A stretch of 64,000 nt of DNA, from contig PBLL01000039.1 of NCBI GenBank assembly GCA_002721755.1, positions 2,089-66,088 on the forward strand. Direction: 5' to 3'. This document shows, piece after piece, positions 57,222 to 64,000 of the stretch. The notes beneath the pieces are model-generated. The model was not told the origin of the DNA. It searched no databases and was given only the letters and a program-made list of their open reading frames with translations. A program made the translations under genes and the position numbers. Within the stretch, counting starts at the first letter, position 1. The number at the start of each line of letters is the position of its first letter. This DNA comes from Actinomycetota bacterium (GTDB taxonomy: Bacteria > Actinomycetota > Acidimicrobiia > Acidimicrobiales > MedAcidi-G1).

Positions 57222-59166
57222 TTTTGCTCCTCTCGCTATCCTCAGTTAAGTCCAAGATCAGAAGAGGAACCCCATTTTCTAATTGTTGGCTCTCATCGAC
57301 GAGAATTTCTGTGACTATTCCATCGTGAGGGGCTTTTATGTGGTTCTCCATTTTCATAGCTTCGAGAATTAGGAGTGTGTCACCAGCAGAAACGTTATCA
57401 CCGGGAGAAACTCTGATTTCGAGAACAATTCCGGGCATAGGTGCCACGAGACTTCCTTCCGCGATTTGAAATCCGGGAGGTTCGAAACGGGGGATGAGAC
57501 CAAAAGAAACTGTTCCTTTAATTGTCTGGACATGGATTGTTTCTGCGCTTTCAGTGATTAAAGAGGTCGTTCTTTCACCTTCTATTTCAGCCTCAATATC
57601 TTCCGTTGACCATTTGTGAAGCGTCACGATTTTTTTGTCATTAAATACAAAAGAACCATCGCGTCGCGATTTATAAGAGACACTCAACTTTTCTTCATCA
57701 TGCAGAAGAGAAACTTCTTGAGCGGGAAGTCTTCCATTTCTCCAACCACTAGGGATGGACGATAGAACGATCGAGTTTTTACGGTTTTTACCTTGGAGCC
57801 AAAGAGTGGCTGTAATAGCTGCACTTTCAATTTCATCTTCCGTTAATTGAAGCTTTGGTTCAGGGGAGTTGTCTTCTATGAAATCAGTAGTTGTTTTTCC
57901 TTCTAGAAATCTCTCATGCCGAAGAACTGAAGTTAGAAAATCTCGATTCGTTGTCAATCCAGCCAAATGCAGTTTCTCGAGTGCGTTTGCAAGAGTTAAA
58001 GCGGCCTCATCTCGGTTCGGTGAATGTGAAATAACTTTTGCCAACATCGGATCGAATTCGACACCTACAAAAGAACCTTTTTCAACTCCAGAATCCCAAC
58101 GTATATTCGTTTCGTCCGAGGGTGAGAAAGCTAGAATCTTTCCAGTGGCAGGCAGGAAGTCTTTTGCTGGATCCTCAGCATACAAACGTGCTTCGATAGC
58201 ATGCCCTTCCACTTTCAGATCTTCTTGAGTGAACGAGATTCTTTCACCAGAAGAGACCCTTAATTGTTCACGCACCAGATCAATTCCCGTGATGGCTTCT
58301 GTTACTGGATGCTCCACCTGTAAGCGGGTATTGACCTCAAGGAAAAAGAAATCTCCTGTTTCATCATCGAAAAGAAACTCAACTGTTCCAGCTGATTGGT
58401 ATGCAAGATTTTCACCCATTCTTAGCGCAGCTTCAGCCATGAGACTTCTTTGCTCTTCGCTGATCGCAGAAGAAGGAGACTCTTCGATTATTTTCTGATG
58501 TCTGCGTTGAATTGAGCATTCCCTTTCACCCAGATGTAAAAGATTCCCGTGAGAATCACCTAGGATTTGAACTTCTATATGTCTTGATTTAGGTATGTAC
58601 CTTTCTAGGAAAACCCTTTCATCCCCAAAAGCGTTCTTGGCTTCTCGTTGAGCTGCGGAAATAGCTTCTTTTAGATCATTCTCACTTTCGACAATTCGCA
58701 TCCCTTTACCACCACCACCTGCAGCAGCTTTCACTAGTAGAGGAAAGCCGACAGATGAGAAATCCTTCACATTGTCAGACGATGGAAGAGTCGGAACTTC
58801 TGCTTCATGGGCAATTTTTTTTGCTTCAATCTTGTCTCCCATAGCTTCGATAACTTCAGGAGAAGGGCCCACCCAATTAATACCCGCTTTAGCCACCGCT
58901 TTTGCAAATGAAGCATTTTCGGACAAGAAACCATAACCCGGATGAATAGCATCAGACCGGGTTTTTTTAGCGGCGTCGATAATAGCCTCGATATCTAAAT
59001 AGTTTGCCGGAAGGCGAATTGATTTATCAGCTTCCTTGACAAAAGGTTCGTTACTGTCAGCATCGGCGTATACAGCAACGCAAACAATGCCCATCGACTT
59101 AGCAGTTCTAAAAATCCGTCTGGCTATCTCTCCGCGGTTAGCTACTAAAAGTGTATTGATCGTCAT
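57214..59166 (-). CDS. Biotin-dependent acyl-CoA carboxylase alpha subunit (BC+BCCP; AtuF/LiuD-like)
   Basis: ANRGEIA, GGGGKGM, RECSIQRRHQK, EAMKME. Confidence 0.93.
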   Translation of the reverse strand: MTINTLLVANRGEIARRIFRTAKSMGIVCVAVYADADSNEPFVKEADKSIRLPANYLDIEAIIDAAKKTRSDAIHPGYGFLSENASFAKAVAKAGINWVGPSPEVIEAMGDKIEAKKIAHEAEVPTLPSSDNVKDFSSVGFPLLVKAAAGGGGKGMRIVESENDLKEAISAAQREAKNAFGDERVFLERYIPKSRHIEVQILGDSHGNLLHLGERECSIQRRHQKIIEESPSSAISEEQRSLMAEAALRMGENLAYQSAGTVEFLFDDETGDFFFLEVNTRLQVEHPVTEAITGIDLVREQLRVSSGERISFTQEDLKVEGHAIEARLYAEDPAKDFLPATGKILAFSPSDETNIRWDSGVEKGSFVGVEFDPMLAKVISHSPNRDEAALTLANALEKLHLAGLTTNRDFLTSVLRHERFLEGKTTTDFIEDNSPEPKLQLTEDEIESAAITATLWLQGKNRKNSIVLSSIPSGWRNGRLPAQEVSLLHDEEKLSVSYKSRRDGSFVFNDKKIVTLHKWSTEDIEAEIEGERTTSLITESAETIHVQTIKGTVSFGLIPRFEPPGFQIAEGSLVAPMPGIVLEIRVSPGDNVSAGDTLLILEAMKMENHIKAPHDGIVTEILVDESQQLENGVPLLILDLTEDSERSKND

Positions 59167-60815
59167 AGTCTGAAGACCCCGTATTTTTGAGAACCTTTGA
59201 TTGGTTTATTTCGGAAAGTTGATAAACAGATGCTAATTACAGTACGAGTGTCTCTCGGGTCGATTATCCCATCGTCACTTACAGCTCCTGTTGCTACCAG
59301 AGCTAAAGATCCGCTTTCTTGGATTTCTTCAACTTTTTGCACTATTGCGGCATCTGCCTCCTCGTCAAACTCTTCCCCCTTGCGTTCAGCTCGACCTTTG
59401 CGAACTATGGACATAACTCCAGCTATTTGTTTCGGTCCCATAACAGCGATTTTTGCGGTAGGCCAAAGAAAAGTAAATCTATTTCCATAGGCGCGTCCAG
59501 ACATGCCATAATTTCCGGCGCCCATTGATTTTCCGACTATGACTGCGATATGAGGCACAGTTGAGTTGGAAATGGCATTAATGAGCTGAGAGCCTTTCTT
59601 TATTATTCCTGCTTTTTCAAAGTCGCTTCCCACTATGAATCCTGGAACGTTGTGTAGGAAAAGCAGGGGAGTGTTTTGCCTGTTACACAACTGTATGAAA
59701 TGAGCTGCTTTTTCCGCTTCTTCAGGAAAAATGACGCCATTGTTGCCTAGTATTCCAATTGGGTAACCGTCTATTGTCGCCCAACCACATACCATTGCGG
59801 GTCCATAAAGGGGTTTGAACTCTTCAAAGCGGGAAGCATCAACAATTCTTGAAATCACTTCACGAATGTCTACTGGTTGTCTTAAGTCCCTGTCGATTAT
59901 TCCCAACAGTTCTTCAGGATTGTTAACAGGTTCTTCGGACAAGTAACTCGGTTCTGGGTCTGGTTTTTTCCAATCTAGATGTGAAATAACTTCTCTACAG
60001 AGTCTCAGGGCGTCCATTTCGTCTTCCGCTAGATAGTCCGCGAGACCTGACTTTTCAGCATGAAGTTGAGCACCCCCGATTTCTTCGTCACTGGATTCTT
60101 CACCGGTTGCCATCTTCACAAGAGGTGGACCTCCTAATGAGACCTTTGACTGCTCTCGAATGAAAATGTTGTAGTCGGAAACCCCAGGCTGATATGCGCC
60201 ACCTGCAGTTGCGGTTCCAAAAACTACACAGACCGTAGGTATCCCCATTTTCGACAGCTCAATCATTTCGTAGAAAAAACGTCCTGATTCGGCGAAGTGG
60301 CTGACTTGAGCTCGGCGACTATTTGATTTTCCCCCGCCACCAGTCGGGATATTCAGGTCAGCTCCTGCTGATTCCACGAAACTTACATATGGCATATGAT
60401 TATCTCGAGCGATTTCTAGAGCGCGCATCCACTTCTTAACGACATAAGGAGTCATGGCGCCTGCTTGGACTGTTGGGTCGTTTCCAAGAATCACACATTC
60501 GGTGTCTGCTATTACACCAATTCCGACTATGAATCCACCTCCTACGGTGTAATCTGAATCGGCTGCTGCTAACGGACTTATTTCAAGAAAAGGACTATCA
60601 GGATCTAGGACGTTCGCGATGCGTTCACGGATCGGCATCTTACCTTTTGATCGGTGCCTTTTTGTTGTTTCAGGTCCGCCTCCAGCTTCGGCTTCATCCA
60701 AAAGCTCCTCTAGTTCCCCAAGCTGTTCGAGCATGTCAGAACGGTTTTTAAGAAACTGTTCACTGTGAACGTCTAAGTGTGTTTCCAGTGAAGGGGCTAG
60801 AAGTTTCCGTTTCAT
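59163..60815 (-). CDS. Acyl-CoA carboxylase carboxyltransferase subunit (AtuC/LiuB-like)
   Basis: TAGGAY, GGPPLVKMATGE, GAGNYGMSGR, DDGIIDPRDTR. Confidence 0.92.
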   Translation of the reverse strand: MKRKLLAPSLETHLDVHSEQFLKNRSDMLEQLGELEELLDEAEAGGGPETTKRHRSKGKMPIRERIANVLDPDSPFLEISPLAAADSDYTVGGGFIVGIGVIADTECVILGNDPTVQAGAMTPYVVKKWMRALEIARDNHMPYVSFVESAGADLNIPTGGGGKSNSRRAQVSHFAESGRFFYEMIELSKMGIPTVCVVFGTATAGGAYQPGVSDYNIFIREQSKVSLGGPPLVKMATGEESSDEEIGGAQLHAEKSGLADYLAEDEMDALRLCREVISHLDWKKPDPEPSYLSEEPVNNPEELLGIIDRDLRQPVDIREVISRIVDASRFEEFKPLYGPAMVCGWATIDGYPIGILGNNGVIFPEEAEKAAHFIQLCNRQNTPLLFLHNVPGFIVGSDFEKAGIIKKGSQLINAISNSTVPHIAVIVGKSMGAGNYGMSGRAYGNRFTFLWPTAKIAVMGPKQIAGVMSIVRKGRAERKGEEFDEEADAAIVQKVEEIQESGSLALVATGAVSDDGIIDPRDTRTVISICLSTFRNKPIKGSQKYGVFRL

Positions 60816-60930
60816 ATGTAACCTTAAGGGTAATAAAGAGACCCTAATCTTACCGTAGAGTCTTTTTTATAGCAATTGAGAGTAAAAAGTTCCATAAATG
60901 AACCCTTTTAGGTTTTTCATGTTATGAATA

Positions 60931-62355
60931 TTGATGGAGTCTTTTGAGTCTGAGCTATCTGGTAGACCGTCTAAAAATGTCTCTGCTGAGAAAAGCACCT
61001 CAACAACAAGACCTTGGGTTTCTCTGGTAGTTGCTTCTTCGAGCATCTTTTTGATGACCTTAGATCTGGGCATAACTGCTGTGTCACTACCAGAAATACG
61101 TGCAGATTTCGACGACTCTAAAAGAGAGATAATTAATTGGGGGGCAACCTCATATCTGGTGACTATGACCTCATTGTTGTTGCTATTTGGTCGCCTTTCA
61201 GATCGTTACGGCCGTCGAAAGTTGTTCCTTATCGGTCTTTCAGTCACGACATTGGCCGTTTCTTTAGCCGCATTCACACCAAATCCTGAAATATTTCTTT
61301 TAGCTCGCACTTTTCAAGGAGCAGGCATTGCTCTACTTGTTCCAACAGCTTTGGCAATGGTTCTAAGCGACATCCCACAAAAACATCAAGGAGCAGCTGT
61401 TGGTTTATGGGGCTCAATTGGTGCCACTGCAGGAGTTCTAGGACCAATATCCTCAGGGTCCTTGATTGAGTTTTTCGGATGGCGAGCAACTTTTGCTTTT
61501 TTAGCAGTTTTGGGATTTATTGCTTTGGTTGCAGGGATAAGAGTTCTTAATGAAAGCTATTTGCCAGAAACTTCTGAAGAATTGAATTTGACAACCGTTT
61601 TCAGTGGAATCTTTTCAATAGGTCTAGTCACTTTAGTCTTGCTGCAAGGAAATGAATGGGGTTGGGTTTCGACAAAAATTCTGCTCTTTGTAGTAATGGC
61701 AATTTTAGCTACCTGGTTTTTTTGGGCTAGTTGCAAACGTTCCAGTAGCCCGCTTTTGGATTTAGAAGTGCTAAAAAACCACAAATACCGTCAGGTGACC
61801 ATTGCAGCTGGATTCCACCAGATTGCGTTTTTCGCCTTTTTCTTTTCTTCACCGATTCTTCTCACTGAAATCTGGGGCTGGTCAGCTATAAAAACTGGTT
61901 TCATGATCGCTCCTTCAATGGTTCTAGCGATTTTGGTACAAACTCCGTTCGGTATTCTGGCTGATCGTTTCGGATATAGGAAACTTATTTTGTTTGGAGG
62001 CTTTATCCCTTCTATAGGCGTCGCGTGGTGGCTACTTACTGTAAAAATTGAACCCAGTTACCTCAGCGCTTTTCTTCCAGGTTTACTCATAGTGTCCCTT
62101 GGCGGAGCGATGGTGGGGATTACCACAACAGGTGCCGCTTTAACCGTAGTTGAACACCAGAAACTTGGAATCGCTAACGCCATGCATCAGGTAGCGCGCC
62201 GTTTGGGAACCACTATGGGCGTAGCTCTTGCCGTCGGGCTAAGTAGCGGTTCGGACAACTTGAAAATTTTTGAAAATATTAAAGTACTTTGGTGGGTAGT
62301 TGCACTTACTTATGTTCTAGGTTCAGTTTTTGTTTGGAAATCAGAAATTGAGTAG
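60931..62355 (+). CDS. MFS transporter (DHA2-like efflux family)
   Basis: GRLSDRYGRR motif A, ARTFQGAG, many TM helices. Confidence 0.88.
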   Translation: MMESFESELSGRPSKNVSAEKSTSTTRPWVSLVVASSSIFLMTLDLGITAVSLPEIRADFDDSKREIINWGATSYLVTMTSLLLLFGRLSDRYGRRKLFLIGLSVTTLAVSLAAFTPNPEIFLLARTFQGAGIALLVPTALAMVLSDIPQKHQGAAVGLWGSIGATAGVLGPISSGSLIEFFGWRATFAFLAVLGFIALVAGIRVLNESYLPETSEELNLTTVFSGIFSIGLVTLVLLQGNEWGWVSTKILLFVVMAILATWFFWASCKRSSSPLLDLEVLKNHKYRQVTIAAGFHQIAFFAFFFSSPILLTEIWGWSAIKTGFMIAPSMVLAILVQTPFGILADRFGYRKLILFGGFIPSIGVAWWLLTVKIEPSYLSAFLPGLLIVSLGGAMVGITTTGAALTVVEHQKLGIANAMHQVARRLGTTMGVALAVGLSSGSDNLKIFENIKVLWWVVALTYVLGSVFVWKSEIE

Positions 62356-62416
62356 CAAAAAAATTTGTTTTACCTTTTGCGCAATAGGGTGTTAATGCTA
62401 AAAGTTAGGAGTAGGC

Positions 62417-63196
62417 ATGTCAGAAAACCGAAAAGTTGACGAACTATTTGATCTAACCGGTCATGTAGCAGTTATCACAGGTGCCGGAAGAGGAATTGGT
62501 GAAGGTATAGCTGTTGCGATGTCACAAGCAGGTGCATCTGTCGTAGTAGCAGCTCGTAGAACAGAAGAAATTGAAAGAGTAGCCAGCGAAATCAACGACA
62601 ACGGCGGAAATGCTCTCGCAGTCACAACTGATGTTACAGACGACACAGCGCTTGAAAATCTTGCCGAAGCAGCAGTTGATCATTTTGGTTCTTTAAGTGA
62701 CTGGGTTAATAACGCCGGTGGTTCACCTTTACGCATGTCAATAATGGATCTCCCTCGTGAAGAATGGGATAGGACTATGGCTTTGAACCTGACGGCGGTT
62801 TACTCGGGCTCATTAATTGCCGCTCGCCATATCGAAAAAGGTTCTATTATCAATATCTCTTCAGGGGCAGGTTTTGGACCAGTTCCAGGTAGCGCACACT
62901 ATGGCGCTGCGAAAGCGGCAGTACATTCACTTACTTGGACTCTCTCGACAGAATTTGCCCCGAAAATTAGAGTTAATGCTGTTGCTCCAGGGGCTATACC
63001 AACAGAGATAATGCTCAAGGCAATAGGGCGTAAAGAAGACGAGCTAGACAAGGTTCTAGAGGAGTGGAAAATTCCTATGGAAAGACTGGGTACACCTCAA
63101 GACATAGGAGCCGCTTGTGTCTATCTGGCTTCTGATGCTTCAAGCTGGATGACAGGAGAGATCCTTAGAGTAGGAGGAGGAGCAAGAGCTCGGTAA
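62417..63196 (+). CDS. SDR oxidoreductase
   Basis: TGAGRGIG, NNAGG, YGAAK; AGGAG RBS. Confidence 0.92.
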   Translation: MSENRKVDELFDLTGHVAVITGAGRGIGEGIAVAMSQAGASVVVAARRTEEIERVASEINDNGGNALAVTTDVTDDTALENLAEAAVDHFGSLSDWVNNAGGSPLRMSIMDLPREEWDRTMALNLTAVYSGSLIAARHIEKGSIINISSGAGFGPVPGSAHYGAAKAAVHSLTWTLSTEFAPKIRVNAVAPGAIPTEIMLKAIGRKEDELDKVLEEWKIPMERLGTPQDIGAACVYLASDASSWMTGEILRVGGGARAR

Positions 63197-63204
63197 AGCT
63201 TGAT

Positions 63205-63576
63205 TCAGCGCGTTTGAAAATAACCTGTTTGCGGTTCCGCTTTAGAGTCACCATCTTTACTTTCGATTATTACACTGACACCCGACTCACCTTCTGCTAT
63301 CTCGAAGCAACGTACACCTGTATATGCAGGCGGTCCGCTATGAGAGCCATCTCTTACATCAAAACTAGCTCCATGTAGAGGACAGTTAATTTGGAAACCT
63401 GAGAGCTTTCCTTCGCTTAGAGGTGTGTCTGCATGACTGCAGTTGTCTTCAATTGCATAGAGCTTTCCTTCTACACGACAAATAAGTATCTCGAAATCAT
63501 CCACTTCACAAGAAGTCAACTCCCCATTTTCCAAATGGGATAAGTCACCTATGTTGCGCTGATCAGATTGAGTCAT
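63205..63576 (-). CDS. Rieske [2Fe-2S] ferredoxin (oxygenase electron carrier)
   Basis: CSH...CPLHG..FD motif. Confidence 0.9.
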   Translation of the reverse strand: MTQSDQRNIGDLSHLENGELTSCEVDDFEILICRVEGKLYAIEDNCSHADTPLSEGKLSGFQINCPLHGASFDVRDGSHSGPPAYTGVRCFEIAEGESGVSVIIESKDGDSKAEPQTGYFQTR

Positions 63577-63598
63577 TTTTAAACCTTGTCAAAACTAT

Positions 63599-64000
63599 CT
63601 AGTCAATTTTCCCTGACAGGTAGAGATCAATATTTTCATGAAAAAAACGTATTCGCCGTTCTTGATGTGGCATGTATTCGCCTCTATAACCTCTTGACCC
63701 CAAACCACGTTGCTGAGAAGACCATATTGCTACATCTTGATCTATGCCATGACCACAAGAAATTTCACCGACCTGACCTGTTTCATGTTTAACCTGCTCA
63801 TCTACAGATACCCAGTCACGCATTGAATTCGAATAGTACTCTTTTGCACCTTCTGGGAATTGAGTTAGATACCACATGTTAAAAAAACATTTTTTTGGAT
63901 TTTCAGGATGCGGGTAAGCCATTAGAAAAATACAACCATCAGGTTTCATACTGAAAGAAACGTTAGGAAATACCGTGTAATGATAGTGGTCGGTTAACTG
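63599..64000 (-). CDS. Rieske ring-hydroxylating oxygenase alpha subunit, C-terminal part (truncated by window end)
   Basis: Frame open to 64000 (QLTDHYHYTVFPN); DQD..QQRGL.S and QERRIRFFH motifs; adjacent to the ferredoxin. Confidence 0.8.
   Translation of the reverse strand, partial: QLTDHYHYTVFPNVSFSMKPDGCIFLMAYPHPENPKKCFFNMWYLTQFPEGAKEYYSNSMRDWVSVDEQVKHETGQVGEISCGHGIDQDVAIWSSQQRGLGSRGYRGEYMPHQERRIRFFHENIDLYLSGKID

Noticed and set aside
48394-64000. Genomic island integrated at tRNA-Gly
   Set aside because: No integrase or transposase, no repeat of the tRNA 3' end noticed, and no obvious compositional shift by eye.

Overview
Gene-dense, AT-rich bacterial chromosome segment. Gene content and signals (Gram-positive CGAAC-N4-GTTCG SOS boxes, actinobacterial DapE/Tdk/TIGR03084-like proteins, many apparent leaderless starts) suggest a low-GC Actinomycetota, plausibly a marine Acidimicrobiia; this is inference. 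Three blocks. (1) 1-12.4 kb: an uncharacterised cluster with a nucleoside/BMP-type ABC importer, flavin reductase-like protein, three-subunit xanthine-dehydrogenase-family molybdoenzyme, Zn-free MDR reductase, SAM methyltransferase, amidohydrolase, TauE exporter and two VOC proteins; several of these enzymes lack canonical catalytic residues. (2) 12.6-48.5 kb: housekeeping core with FMN riboswitch-ribE-ribBA-ribH, rpsO-pnp, dap genes, rnj, ftsK, rimO, pgsA, cinA, recA, miaBA, hflX, lexA/LysM, tdk, lgt, a SAM-I/IV riboswitch before metX and tRNA-Gly. (3) 48.5-64 kb: lipid/terpenoid catabolic genes (BVMO, tandem SDRs, an Atu-like operon, MFS, Rieske oxygenase). No integrase, transposase or CRISPR array was seen. 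The best novelty candidates are the first cluster and a putative dual LexA + PafBC-like promoter layout at recA and the LysM gene.
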